DNA of 55,695 nt from an uncultured Gammaproteobacteria bacterium (GCA_964551925.1 CAZKFA010000007.1:1-55695); one strand, 5' to 3'. Shown: positions 1 through 9,360, counted from the first letter of the stretch. Numbers and translations are program-made. Notes: generated by a model not told the origin, from the sequence alone.

Positions 1-53
1 TGATACGGCTCGATTAGCACGAATTCAAAACTCTATGCGCTTTGCTGATAAAG

Positions 54-917
54 CTAGACCTTAGCTAGACTTGCCGTGTACAACTCCGCCGTCTGCTGCG
101 CCACTGCCCTAATCTCAAGAATAAATTTTTGTCTTTCGTCTTTGCTAATGGCACCGCGTGCATCAAGCAAATTAAAAGTATGCGAACATTTGAGCACATA
201 ATCAAAAGCTGGTATCGCTAAACCCGCTTCTAGACAAGTTCCTACTTCTTGCAAGAATTCTTTATATAAAACAAACAAACGCTCAGCCGTACTAATTTCA
301 AAATTATACTTACTCTGTTCATATTCATTACGCTTATAAATATCAGCATAAGTTATCTTCTTGCCATCATGCTCATGCCAAAGCAAGTCAAAGACTGAAT
401 CCACTCCCTGCAAGTACATAGCGATACGCTCAAGTCCATAAGTGAGTTCGACGGCGACTGGTTTAATCTCTATACCACCAGCTTGCTGGAAGTAAGTGAA
501 TTGAGTAATCTCCATTCCATTCAACCAGACCTCCCAACCGCAGCCCCAGGCGCCAAGAGTTGGGCTCTCCCAATTGTCTTCAACGAAACGAATATCATGC
601 TCTAACGGATTGACACCAAGCGCGCGCAAACTATCTAAATAAAGATCCTGAGTATTACTAGGATTGGGTTGCATGATAACCTGATACTGAAAATAATGCT
701 GCAAGCGATTTGGGTTCTCTCCATAACGTCCATCAGTCGGACGCCTGCAAGGTTCTATACAAGCCATACGCCAATCTTTGTTCTCTAGCACTCGCAAAAA
801 AGTCGCTGGATTCATGGTACTCGCACCCTTCTCAGTGTCGTAAGGCTGCATGATAATACAACCCTGATCAGACCAATATTGGTTTAGCTTAAAAATAATC
901 TGCTGAAAACTAAGCAT
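54..917 (-). CDS. glyQ: glycine--tRNA ligase alpha subunit
   Basis: 287-aa [24 protein letters not shown]-terminus and [20 protein letters not shown] core are typical of GlyQ. Confidence 0.95.
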   Translation of the reverse strand: MLSFQQIIFKLNQYWSDQGCIIMQPYDTEKGASTMNPATFLRVLENKDWRMACIEPCRRPTDGRYGENPNRLQHYFQYQVIMQPNPSNTQDLYLDSLRALGVNPLEHDIRFVEDNWESPTLGAWGCGWEVWLNGMEITQFTYFQQAGGIEIKPVAVELTYGLERIAMYLQGVDSVFDLLWHEHDGKKITYADIYKRNEYEQSKYNFEISTAERLFVLYKEFLQEVGTCLEAGLAIPAFDYVLKCSHTFNLLDARGAISKDERQKFILEIRAVAQQTAELYTASLAKV

Positions 918-924
918 ATTTAAT

Positions 925-930
925 AGTATA
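925..930 (-). promoter_or_regulatory. -10 box TATACT, 7 nt upstream of the glyQ ATG
   Basis: No Shine-Dalgarno in between. Leaderless-type geometry. Confidence 0.4.
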
Positions 931-963
931 ACGGTAATTCTTGCTAACTTTTGGGAATAAAAA

Positions 964-972
964 TGCTAGAAT
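964..972 (+). promoter_or_regulatory. extended -10 TGcTAGAAT, 12 nt upstream of the prs ATG
   Basis: TGn extension plus a 5/6 match to TATAAT. Confidence 0.4.
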
Positions 973-984
973 GAAATACAGATT

Positions 985-1986
985 ATGGATGTTTTAGGTT
1001 TGCCAGAGAAACTCACTCAAATAAATCAAAGCCAAGAGAAACAAATTAAAATTTTTTCTGGTAGAGCTAACCCTCTCTTGAGCAAAGAGATAGCCAAAGA
1101 ATTGGGGTTAGAACTCGGCAAAATCAAAATCAAGCCTTTTGCCGACGGCGAGCTTTATGTACAAGTCCAGGAAAGCGTTAGAGGCTGTGAAGTATTTTTG
1201 GTACAACCAACGAACCCACCTGTTAACGAGAATCTCGTTGAACTTTTAATTATCATTGACGCCCTTAAACGTGCTTCAGCACACACCATCAACGTCATCA
1301 TGCCTTACTATGGCTATGCCCGCCAAGATCGCAAAGCAGCTGGTAGAGAGCCTATCACGAGTAAGTTGATGGCTAAATTAATTGGTGAGGCTGGTGCTGA
1401 TAGAGTGGTTTGTTTGGATTTACATTCTGAACAAATTATCGGGTTCTTTGATACCCTCATTGACCACGTCCACGCGACTCCAGTGCTTATTGATTACATC
1501 AAAAGATTTATTGGTACTGAGAATCTAGTTATAGTCTCACCAGATGTCGGTGGTGTTACTCGCGCACGCGCTTATGCTAAACGACTAGATGGTGCGCCAA
1601 TTGCGATCGTAGACAAGCGCCGCATGCACGAACAACAGAACATGGTTGAAGTCATGAACGTTATTGGTGATGTTGAGGGCAAAATTGCAATTCTAATAGA
1701 CGACTTAATTGACACTGCTGGCACTATGACCAAAGCCGCTCAGCTACTGAAAGATCAAGGCGCTTTGAAGATTTATGCCTGTGCTACTCATGGCGTACTC
1801 TCTGAGCCTGCTTATGAAAGAATCGAGGCCTCACCAATCGAGGAGCTAGTTATAACTGATTCGATTCCACTAGCGCCGATGTGGGTACAATCCAAAAAAG
1901 TTAAACAGGTTTCAGTGGCGCCGTTTCTTGCTGAAGCCATCCGCCGTATCTATACTGGTGATTCAGTTTCAGGGCTTTTTATTTAA
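985..1986 (+). CDS. prs: ribose-phosphate pyrophosphokinase
   Basis: 333-aa ORF with PRPP synthetase motifs (KIFSGRANPLLSKEIA, DLHSEQIIGFF, VSPDVGGVTRA, DDLIDTAGT). Confidence 0.95.
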   Translation: MDVLGLPEKLTQINQSQEKQIKIFSGRANPLLSKEIAKELGLELGKIKIKPFADGELYVQVQESVRGCEVFLVQPTNPPVNENLVELLIIIDALKRASAHTINVIMPYYGYARQDRKAAGREPITSKLMAKLIGEAGADRVVCLDLHSEQIIGFFDTLIDHVHATPVLIDYIKRFIGTENLVIVSPDVGGVTRARAYAKRLDGAPIAIVDKRRMHEQQNMVEVMNVIGDVEGKIAILIDDLIDTAGTMTKAAQLLKDQGALKIYACATHGVLSEPAYERIEASPIEELVITDSIPLAPMWVQSKKVKQVSVAPFLAEAIRRIYTGDSVSGLFI

Positions 1987-2104
1987 GCGTTTTTGTTCTG
2001 TCGCATCAGGGCCAAGAGTCCAGCCATCTTTAATTAATATGAAATAAAATAAGTAAGGGATTAATCCGATACAAATGGACCAAAAAATATATCCGACGTT
2101 GTTT

Positions 2105-2359
2105 TTAATTAAATCTATTATTATTGGGTCTATTAAGTTTTGCATCAATCTCTCCTGTTAAAACAAAAGCCTTACAAAGCATTTCGTAACCAATTCTCGC
2201 AGCAACAATTGCAATTACCAATCTGAAAAGGAGAGTAGCATCAAAGCCACTCCCTGTCAAGATAAAGTGCAATATTAGGGCGGCCAATGGTGTTATCAAT
2301 GTGTAGCCAGTTGTTTTTAAAACTTCAACCTTAAATTTAAACTGTTCATAGCTCCACAT
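2105..2359 (-). CDS. hypothetical small membrane protein
   Basis: 84-aa ORF with two hydrophobic helices. No recognisable family. Confidence 0.4.
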   Translation of the reverse strand: MWSYEQFKFKVEVLKTTGYTLITPLAALILHFILTGSGFDATLLFRLVIAIVAARIGYEMLCKAFVLTGEIDAKLNRPNNNRFN

Positions 2360-2433
2360 GCTCCAAGCAATCTTATCCCATTCACTCTTTAGTCAAGCAG
2401 GCCAAGTGGTAACCGAATGCTAAGATTAGAAAG

Positions 2434-3525
2434 TTGAACAACTCAATTGCTAATCAAATACGTGAAGCCGCCTTAGAGATTGGCTTTAATGATGTTAAGT
2501 TTATCGCGGCTAAGCCTTTATTAGAATCTGAAGCTAAGTTTCTTGAATGGCGCGCGAAGGGTTATGCTGCTGATATGAATTATCTCTTGCGCGATGATCC
2601 TGTCAATGCTCGTCCCCAAGCACTATTGGCTGAAGCTAAGACTATTATAATGCTCACCGCTAATTACTATAGCCCCTGTCCGCCTAAGCCTGGGGATGAT
2701 TATGGTCGTATCGCGGCTTATGCAACTGGACTTGATTATCATAAAGTACTTAAACAAAAAATCCAAACTCTAGTTAATCACCCTGAGCTAAAAAATATTT
2801 TCAGTAAATCAAAATTCTTTACCGATGCTGTTCCATTATTGGAGAAGTCTTTTGCTAAACAGTCAGGGCTTGGCTTTCGCGGCAAGAATACTTTGTTGAT
2901 TTCCAAAGGCACTGGTAGTTTTAATTTCATCGCCGAGATTCTAACAGACTTAGAGTTAGAGCCCGATGCCAAGCTTGTGGTAGATTATGGTTGTGCCAAA
3001 TGCACTCGCTGCCTAGATATCTGTCCCACTAACGCACTACCCAGTCCTTACCAATTAGACGCACGTAAATGTATTAGTTACCAGACTATCGAGAATCGCG
3101 GTGACATCCCCATTGAACTGCACTCAGGGATTGGAGATTGGCTTTTTGGTTGTGATCTTTGCCAAACAATTTGTCCCTATAACAAAATCTCTGCTCCGCA
3201 AACTTTCCCAGAATTCAAGCCAGAGTCTGGTTTTGGGCATTGGTTAAATTTAGATGAGATTCTTGATTTGGAACTTAATACTTATAACAAAAACGACCTT
3301 ATTAATAAACTTGAGACACATATATTTATTGATCCACAAGCACTTGCCACTATCAAAAAAATCCTCACCAAAGCAAATATCATTACAGATGAGCTTCTGG
3401 ATCAAATTTTCCAGATCAAATTTGCTCGCACGCCATTATTAAGAGCCAAGCGGCAAGGCTTGATTAGGAACGCTAAAATAATTAGATCTAATATATCCCC
3501 ACCAAGCCATGCTCACCAAGCTTAG
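2434..3525 (+). CDS. queG: tRNA epoxyqueuosine(34) reductase
   Basis: 363-aa ORF with TTG start. Two 4Fe-4S motifs (CAKCTRCLDICP, CDLCQTICP), CISYQTIE motif and a HEAT-like C-terminal tail, as in QueG. Confidence 0.85.
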   Translation: MNNSIANQIREAALEIGFNDVKFIAAKPLLESEAKFLEWRAKGYAADMNYLLRDDPVNARPQALLAEAKTIIMLTANYYSPCPPKPGDDYGRIAAYATGLDYHKVLKQKIQTLVNHPELKNIFSKSKFFTDAVPLLEKSFAKQSGLGFRGKNTLLISKGTGSFNFIAEILTDLELEPDAKLVVDYGCAKCTRCLDICPTNALPSPYQLDARKCISYQTIENRGDIPIELHSGIGDWLFGCDLCQTICPYNKISAPQTFPEFKPESGFGHWLNLDEILDLELNTYNKNDLINKLETHIFIDPQALATIKKILTKANIITDELLDQIFQIKFARTPLLRAKRQGLIRNAKIIRSNISPPSHAHQA

Positions 3526-4903
3526 ATTGAATTTCTGGGCTGCGCATGAAGTCAATTAGCTTCGCTTCTGTATCGCCCAGTGAACCTGCTGTAACAAAAT
3601 ATAAATATCTAGTAAGTGGGTACTCGCCGCGTTTCACTCGCTCGGCATCAAGAGTTCCGCGATCATTTACTGGTTTAGTGCCAGTCTCATCAAAGACTGA
3701 AGCAATTTTGATTACCTTGACTTTATTGTTCTCTAATAAAGCACTAATACTAGCAAAACCAATTGCATTAGAGTCTGCAGCTATCATATCAATCATCTTA
3801 ATTGGATCGTATATATGCACCACTTCGTCAGAAATCTTCTCTGAGAACATCACTCTATCAACGAAATAGGCGTAAGTACCACTTTGTTTAGAGAGCGCGA
3901 AACGCTTAATCGTTGCAGCGGAATCCAAACCCAAATCCTGCCAGCTAATATTGTCAGCCGTGTAAATTTTACGTAGATCATCAACCGTCAAAGAGTCTAA
4001 AGGATTATTCTTACTAACAAAAACCACCACCGAATCTATAGCAATCTTATGATCTACAATCCCCTCTCCAAGCCTAATAGCTTTCTTACGATCATCAACA
4101 CTCGGTATCTTAGAACTAGCAGCCAGCTGCACTCTGCCATCAATTAATTCATTAATAGCTAATCCACTGTCTCCTCCCTGTATATCAAGATTTAAGCTAG
4201 GATATTTAGCCTTAAATAAATCCTGATTCTCCCTAAGAATATTTAACAAAGAATCCGTACCAAAAACTTTTACAGCACCATTAGAGCTTGGTCTAGAGAC
4301 TGAGCTTAATTGCTGATCTGATCTATATTCTTTAATTAGGTTAGTTACGCGCGTAGCGCTATTATTAAAAAACATATTATAGACGGTGATTCCAGCAATC
4401 GCCAAAAAAACCAAAAACATTAAATTTACCATACAGCCCAAAGAGCCTTTCTTTTTCTGGGTTGGTTGATTTTGAACAGATGCTCGTTGTTTTATTTCTT
4501 GCTTAATAGGCTTTTGCTGAGACAGATTAACTTTATGATCTTTTCTTTTCAGATTATCAAAAATAAAATCAACGCCTTTTTGTAGATATCTATTAGTACT
4601 AGAAAGGTTTTCGCCGATATCAATAGCTACCGAGTTAAGATCAGATTCATATTTAAAAACCAATTCTAGAACGCGTTTGATCTTCTTTAACTCTTCAACT
4701 GAATATTGGGGCTTGATAATTTTATTGCCAAGATCTTTATCAAGAAAATTAATTAGATTATTTATTTCTATTGCAAGCGATAAAAACTCACTAATTTGCT
4801 CAAAACTATATTCATCAGATTTCTTGTAAGAATCAGCATTTAAAGAAAATTCTAAGATCTCATGGATTATATTTTTTTTGATGTCAAAACTACTTAATAC
4901 CAT
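3488..4903 (-). CDS. membrane-anchored protein with C-terminal PstS-like periplasmic phosphate-binding domain
   Basis: 471-aa ORF. About 165-aa hydrophilic N-terminal region, one TM helix (MVNLMFLVFLAIAGITVY), then a PBP-like domain (GGDSGLAINELIDGRVQLAASS, SGTYAYF, GEYPLTRYLYFV) resembling the PstS family. Confidence 0.6.
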   Translation of the reverse strand: MVLSSFDIKKNIIHEILEFSLNADSYKKSDEYSFEQISEFLSLAIEINNLINFLDKDLGNKIIKPQYSVEELKKIKRVLELVFKYESDLNSVAIDIGENLSSTNRYLQKGVDFIFDNLKRKDHKVNLSQQKPIKQEIKQRASVQNQPTQKKKGSLGCMVNLMFLVFLAIAGITVYNMFFNNSATRVTNLIKEYRSDQQLSSVSRPSSNGAVKVFGTDSLLNILRENQDLFKAKYPSLNLDIQGGDSGLAINELIDGRVQLAASSKIPSVDDRKKAIRLGEGIVDHKIAIDSVVVFVSKNNPLDSLTVDDLRKIYTADNISWQDLGLDSAATIKRFALSKQSGTYAYFVDRVMFSEKISDEVVHIYDPIKMIDMIAADSNAIGFASISALLENNKVKVIKIASVFDETGTKPVNDRGTLDAERVKRGEYPLTRYLYFVTAGSLGDTEAKLIDFMRSPEIQSKLGEHGLVGIY

Positions 4904-4904
4904 T

Positions 4905-5015
4905 CTATTTCTTTAATAGTAATTCAAAAATCAAATCCTTAGTTTCTGGACTTATTGAATTAGAAAACAGCTCCTCAATTAAGTTTCTGACCTTTACCTT
5001 AGTATCCTCATCCAT
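4905..5015 (-). CDS. candidate 36-aa small ORF (MDEDTKVKVRNLIEELFSNSISPETKDLIFELLLKK)
   Basis: Not in the ORF track (below length cutoff). ATG lies 3 nt after the dnaN stop and is preceded by GAGGG 7 nt upstream. Its stop is 1 nt before the next ATG at 4903. Confidence 0.3.
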   Translation of the reverse strand: MDEDTKVKVRNLIEELFSNSISPETKDLIFELLLKK

Positions 5016-5018
5016 AAA

Positions 5019-6167
5019 TTAACCCTCATGCTTGATTGGCATAACCAAGTGAATATAATTTTCCTGAGATATTGGTCTAATAAGAACAGGATTAACAGAG
5101 CTAGTAAGGGCTATTTGGATCTTCTCAGAGTCTATGTATTTAAGAGGTTCTGTCAAATATTTAACATTAAAATATATCTCTAATGGCTCGCCTATATATT
5201 CAATAGTTACTTTATCATCAGCCTTACCAAAATCCTGATTTTTGGATTCAATTGTTAATAGATTTTCGGCAAACGATAACTTAACAAGATTTGTAATCTC
5301 ATTAGCCATCACAGCTACTCTTTCTAACACCGTCAGTAAGTCCTTACGATTAATCTGAGCAATTTTGTCTTGATTGCTTGGAATTAATTGTTTGTAACGT
5401 GGATAAGTACCGTCTAGTAAACGAGAAACAATAAATCTATCTTCAGTTGCAAAAACTATTTGTCTATCAATAAAAGATATTTTGATAGTATCATCAACAC
5501 TGGTATCTAATATTTTTTGTACATCAGTTATAACTCTAGCTGGTACAACAGCTTCCTTAGAACTGAATTTAGGAAAGGATTCTAGACCTTTAAGTTCTAA
5601 CTGATAACTAGATAAACGATTACCATCTGTAGAAGCAATCTCAAGGAAATATTTCACATCACCATCTTCCTTAATCTCAGATATTCCCAAATAAATTCCA
5701 CCAAGAATATTATTCAAATCATATTTAGAAGATGAGAAATGAACCAAATTAATAATTCTAGAAAATTCTGCTTTATTAATAGAAATAAAAGCAGCTAATT
5801 CTGGTTTATCTTGTTTAGGAAAATCCTCTGATGGTAAACCAACTAAATCAAAATTAGACTCTTTACAAAGTAAATTTGCTTTATTTGTAAGCCTATCAAC
5901 AGTGATATAAATATCATCGTCATCAAGTTTACTAACGACTTCTTCAAGTTTCTGAGCTGAGATAGTTATACTTCCTGAAACCTCATTTATTGAAGGTATT
6001 GTTGCTTCAATTGTGAAATCTAAATCAGTTGCATTTAACTTTAAGTAACCTTCGTTAGTTTCTAGAAGAATATTTTTTAAAATAGGTTGGATTCCTTTAC
6101 TTGGAACTGCTTTGGATACAGATTTAATAGCCTTATCTAGAGTTGATTTTGGAACCTTAAACTTCAT
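5019..6167 (-). CDS. dnaN: DNA polymerase III beta sliding clamp
   Basis: MKFKVPKSTLDKAIKSVSKAVPSKGIQPILKNILLE is a typical DnaN N-terminus. The ORF-track start at 6182 adds 5 residues. Either start is possible. Confidence 0.9.
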   Translation of the reverse strand: MKFKVPKSTLDKAIKSVSKAVPSKGIQPILKNILLETNEGYLKLNATDLDFTIEATIPSINEVSGSITISAQKLEEVVSKLDDDDIYITVDRLTNKANLLCKESNFDLVGLPSEDFPKQDKPELAAFISINKAEFSRIINLVHFSSSKYDLNNILGGIYLGISEIKEDGDVKYFLEIASTDGNRLSSYQLELKGLESFPKFSSKEAVVPARVITDVQKILDTSVDDTIKISFIDRQIVFATEDRFIVSRLLDGTYPRYKQLIPSNQDKIAQINRKDLLTVLERVAVMANEITNLVKLSFAENLLTIESKNQDFGKADDKVTIEYIGEPLEIYFNVKYLTEPLKYIDSEKIQIALTSSVNPVLIRPISQENYIHLVMPIKHEG

Positions 6168-6202
6168 AATACTAATAATCATAACTGTTTTATGCTCAAA
6201 TG

Positions 6203-6418
6203 TGTAGAGTTTACAATACCCTCTAATAATATGTATATTAATAATATATAGAAATAGTAGTAGTAGAGAGTTAGTTTTGTGTAGAAAATGGGAATAATCT
6301 ATATGTAGACTAAGTTTTTACTGTTTATTTAATGTAGAAAGTTTTCTACATTTCTACATTGACTTTGATTTTTAATCTCAATAGCAGAGTTTTCTACATT
6401 TCTAAAAAGTTTTCTACA
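6203..6418. other. candidate chromosomal replication origin (cluster of eight DnaA-box-like TTTTCTACA elements)
   Basis: Reverse-orientation boxes at 6203-6209, 6280-6288, 6304-6310 and 6333-6341. Forward boxes at 6342-6350, 6351-6358, 6390-6398 and 6410-6418. A/T stretch at 6224-6250. Immediately upstream of dnaN. Confidence 0.55.
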
Positions 6419-6953
6419 TCTTACTAACATAGTTATGAACATCTAAGAAATTGATGATCTTGGACACAGAATCACTAATAGTTGTATTCTCTGTATCAAT
6501 TATTAGGTCAGCATTAACAGGAGCTTCATAAGGATCTTGGATACCAGTGAAGTTTGTAATTTCATTATTCAAAGCTTTTTTGTATAAACCTTTGACATCA
6601 CGTTTAATAACTTCTTCTAAACTTGCCTTTATATAAACTAGTACAAAGTTCTCGCTAAGAGTTTTTGCAAGCTGTCGCGCTTCTTCATAAGGGGCTATTA
6701 CTGGCACTATTACTAATACTTGGTGTTTAGAGATTTTGCCAGCAAGGAAAGCAATACGTTCGATATTTTTAATTCGATCTTCTTTGTTGAAACCCAGATC
6801 CTTACAAAGATGCTCACGAATTTCATCACCATCTAAAATTTCTATATCAATACCAGAAAGTGTTTTACCAAGTTGATTTGCTATTGTTGTTTTGCCTGAA
6901 CCTGATAAGCCTGTTAGCCATAGTGTTAGACCTTTTTGTAACTTATACTGCAT
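6414..6953 (-). CDS. cysC: adenylyl-sulfate kinase
   Basis: 179-aa ORF with P-loop LTGLSGSGKTTIA and the APS kinase motif DGDEIREHL. Confidence 0.9.
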   Translation of the reverse strand: MQYKLQKGLTLWLTGLSGSGKTTIANQLGKTLSGIDIEILDGDEIREHLCKDLGFNKEDRIKNIERIAFLAGKISKHQVLVIVPVIAPYEEARQLAKTLSENFVLVYIKASLEEVIKRDVKGLYKKALNNEITNFTGIQDPYEAPVNADLIIDTENTTISDSVSKIINFLDVHNYVSKM

Positions 6954-6960
6954 TAGTTTA

Positions 6961-6966
6961 ATTATA
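6961..6966 (-). promoter_or_regulatory. -10 box TATAAT, 7 nt upstream of the cysC ATG
   Basis: Perfect consensus in a 33-nt divergent spacer. Confidence 0.5.
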
Positions 6967-6971
6967 TACCC

Positions 6972-6980
6972 TGCTATTAT
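6972..6980 (+). promoter_or_regulatory. extended -10 TGcTATTAT, 6 nt upstream of the tlyA ATG
   Basis: Same 33-nt spacer, opposite strand. Confidence 0.5.
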
Positions 6981-6986
6981 TTACTT

Positions 6987-7775
6987 ATGAAATCGCGACT
7001 AGATGAATTGTTGCTTGATTTAGGATTGTTTGCAAGCCGTAAACAAGCTCAGAGCTGCATTATGACCAATGGCGTCACTGTTGCAGGCAAACTAATTAAT
7101 AAGCCAGGGTTCATGTTTAACACAGAGAAGTTTCTTGCCAGTTACGAAGAAGATCCTGGTTTTCTTGAGATCACAGATAGTTTTAGTCAATATGTTAGCC
7201 GCGGAGCTTATAAATTAGAAGCTGCGCATCAACAATTTCAACTAGATTTTACTGGTACGACAGTTCTTGATATCGGAGCTTCAACCGGCGGTTTTGTAGA
7301 TTTTGTTTTACAGCATGGCGCCAAGCAGGTCATAGCACTAGATGTAGGCAAAGGTCAGCTGCATTATAAATTACAAAAAGACGCACGCGTCATCAATCTA
7401 GAAGAAGTTAATTTTAGATTTTTTGATCCAGAAACTCTAGGGCAAGCACTAGTAGTGGATTTTGTGGTGATTGATGTTTCTTTTATTTCTTTAATAACAA
7501 TACTTGAGAGATTAAAAGTACTTAGCAACCAAAAGACTAAGTTAAATTTTAGCCAGGGCTTACAGATCATTGCCTTATTGAAGCCACAATTTGAAGCTGG
7601 TAAGGCAATAATGGATAAATGCAAAGGCGTGATTAAAGACGATGAGATTCGTCAGTCTATCCTAATTCAATCCACAAGCAACATAGAAGAACTTGGTTAT
7701 AAGATAGTTAATAATATTGAATCGCCACTTAGGGGTGCTAAGGGTAATGTAGAGTATCTCTTACAATTGCTATAA
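6987..7775 (+). CDS. tlyA: TlyA-family rRNA (cytidine-2'-O)-methyltransferase
   Basis: 262-aa ORF with an S4-like N-terminus (RLDELLLDLGLFASRKQA) and an FtsJ fold (SRGAYKLEAA, LDIGASTGGFVD). Confidence 0.9.
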   Translation: MKSRLDELLLDLGLFASRKQAQSCIMTNGVTVAGKLINKPGFMFNTEKFLASYEEDPGFLEITDSFSQYVSRGAYKLEAAHQQFQLDFTGTTVLDIGASTGGFVDFVLQHGAKQVIALDVGKGQLHYKLQKDARVINLEEVNFRFFDPETLGQALVVDFVVIDVSFISLITILERLKVLSNQKTKLNFSQGLQIIALLKPQFEAGKAIMDKCKGVIKDDEIRQSILIQSTSNIEELGYKIVNNIESPLRGAKGNVEYLLQLL

Positions 7776-7776
7776 T
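7768..7776 (+). promoter_or_regulatory. extended -10 TGcTATAAT, 8 nt upstream of the nadK ATG
   Basis: Perfect extended -10 overlapping the tlyA stop codon. Confidence 0.5.
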
Positions 7777-7784
7777 AAGCAAGT

Positions 7785-8624
7785 ATGAAGGTGGTAGTTT
7801 TCTACAATCCCAACAAAGAAACAGCTAGTGCTAAAGCTGAGGATTTGGCAGAGATTCTGCGCAAGAAAGACGTAACGGTTTTGGTTACACCGACTCAGAA
7901 TCATGGTTTTGAAGATTGGGGATTGTTAGACGAGTCAACAGACTTTGCCATAGCGCTTGGTGGCGACGGGACCTTTCTGTTGGCTGCTAAACAAGTCTTA
8001 GCTTATGGCATCCCTTTGCTGGGTGTGAATTTTGGACATCTTGGTTTTTTGTCTGAGTATGGTGATATCAGCATGGAAGAACTTGCCACGAAGATTATCC
8101 AAAAAGATTATACGATTGAGCAGAGAACGGTCTTAAGAGCAGAGGTTGATGATCGCAAGCTTTATGCTATTAATGATATAACCGTCAATCGTTCTATTAA
8201 TTCTAATTTGCTTTACACCGATCTTTATATAGATGATAATTTATTACATTCTTTTCGCTCTGATGGCATTGTAGTATGCACCCCGACAGGATCAACTGCT
8301 TATGCACTCAGTGCTGGTGGAGCAGTAATGGATCCTCAGATCAAGGCTTTTCAGATAGTGCCTATTGCAGCTCATTCGCTCAATTCCAGACCCCATGTGG
8401 TTTTGGACACGCAGACTATAATGCTAGCCAGTAAAGGCAAGGATCAAAACAAACCTTTCTATTTACTTGCCGATGGTCATGATATGCTTAGTATCGAACC
8501 TGGCACACAGATCAAAATCAATAAAGCGGCTGCCTCTCTTAAATTAGCGAAACTGAAGAATAAGGATAGAAATTTTTATAGTATTTTGCGCGATAAAATG
8601 AAATGGGGCTCAATAAATAATTAA
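7785..8624 (+). CDS. nadK: NAD kinase
   Basis: 279-aa ORF with GGDGTFL, NFGHLGFL and TPTGSTAYALSAGG motifs. Confidence 0.9.
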   Translation: MKVVVFYNPNKETASAKAEDLAEILRKKDVTVLVTPTQNHGFEDWGLLDESTDFAIALGGDGTFLLAAKQVLAYGIPLLGVNFGHLGFLSEYGDISMEELATKIIQKDYTIEQRTVLRAEVDDRKLYAINDITVNRSINSNLLYTDLYIDDNLLHSFRSDGIVVCTPTGSTAYALSAGGAVMDPQIKAFQIVPIAAHSLNSRPHVVLDTQTIMLASKGKDQNKPFYLLADGHDMLSIEPGTQIKINKAAASLKLAKLKNKDRNFYSILRDKMKWGSINN

Positions 8625-9296
8625 ATGAAAACAAAATCACCAGAAATCACAATAAAAAAAGTTATAGACGACCTTAATGGACCCTGTGATGTGCTCTATG
8701 ACCCGCGTTCATTATCCCCTGATGATCTTAAGGATGCTTGTAATAACATAGAAATTTTTATTCCAACCAAGGTCTCTTTAGTGAGTGAGTTAGTCATACA
8801 CTACTTGCTGAAAAACTTTTTTTATATGCAACATCAGACTGGCTTGTATAATCCACAAAAAAAATTATGGTCAAGTCTCGCGCAAACAAAATCTATTCAA
8901 ATCAAACCATATAGATTATTGTTAGACTTCAAAAAAGAAAATCAAATAGAAGACATTTATTTTATAAATCAAAATGGACGCTATATAAAAGCTCGGGTTG
9001 TGCTACCGGGAGCTAAGCAGGATTATCCAGGGCTAGATGATTTGATGTCCAGGGTTTCTGGTAAATGTAGTGGAGTATTTTACTTCTGTGAAAAAGAGCC
9101 AGATCCTATATTATTGAACAAAATCCTTATAAAAACTAACGCCAAAGACCCCTTTGATCGTTACCTTTCACCAATAGCTAAAAACTGCAGTTTAAATTTT
9201 CTGCAATATGGGCATAACGAGGATAGGTACTTTTTTAGGTTAATTCATCCTAACCTAGGAAGAAAAGTTGAGGCGGAGTTATGTTTGGGGCAATAA
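8625..9296 (+). CDS. hypothetical protein
   Basis: 223-aa ORF whose ATG directly abuts the nadK stop (TAAATG). No recognisable family. Confidence 0.55.
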   Translation: MKTKSPEITIKKVIDDLNGPCDVLYDPRSLSPDDLKDACNNIEIFIPTKVSLVSELVIHYLLKNFFYMQHQTGLYNPQKKLWSSLAQTKSIQIKPYRLLLDFKKENQIEDIYFINQNGRYIKARVVLPGAKQDYPGLDDLMSRVSGKCSGVFYFCEKEPDPILLNKILIKTNAKDPFDRYLSPIAKNCSLNFLQYGHNEDRYFFRLIHPNLGRKVEAELCLGQ

Positions 9297-9360
9297 TTAA
9301 GGGATTTATTTTTGGCTTTTTGACTTTAGTGGTCATGACTAAGCTTAATGAATAAATTTA

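Noticed and set aside
1-53. Possible start of glyS downstream of glyQ on the minus strand
   Set aside because: Only one frame stays open to the window edge, with only a GTG as a possible start and no recognisable GlyS N-terminus. Too little sequence to call.
2778-3869. Short ORFs nested in or antisense to queG and the PstS-like gene (2778-2972, 3254-3442, 3546-3869)
   Set aside because: They lie inside well-supported genes and have no motifs. The same reasoning applies to the other nested ORFs in the track: 7364-7624, 10393-10599, 10740-10961, 12005-12552, 12856-13089, 14019-14249, 14540-14758, 18771-18989, 19351-19578, 19852-20103, 21944-22387, 24707-24892, 25486-25701, 26808-26996, 29345-29548, 30559-30765, 31163-31357, 36714-36911, 38348-38554, 43404-43664, 44060-44341, 46352-46825, 49095-49298, 52628-52834, 53518-53785 and 54030-54272.
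6203-6418. Repeated TTTTCTACA units as a CRISPR array or mobile-element iterons
   Set aside because: The units are only 8-9 nt, irregularly spaced and in both orientations. No cas, rep or transposase gene is nearby. The DnaA-box interpretation fits better.
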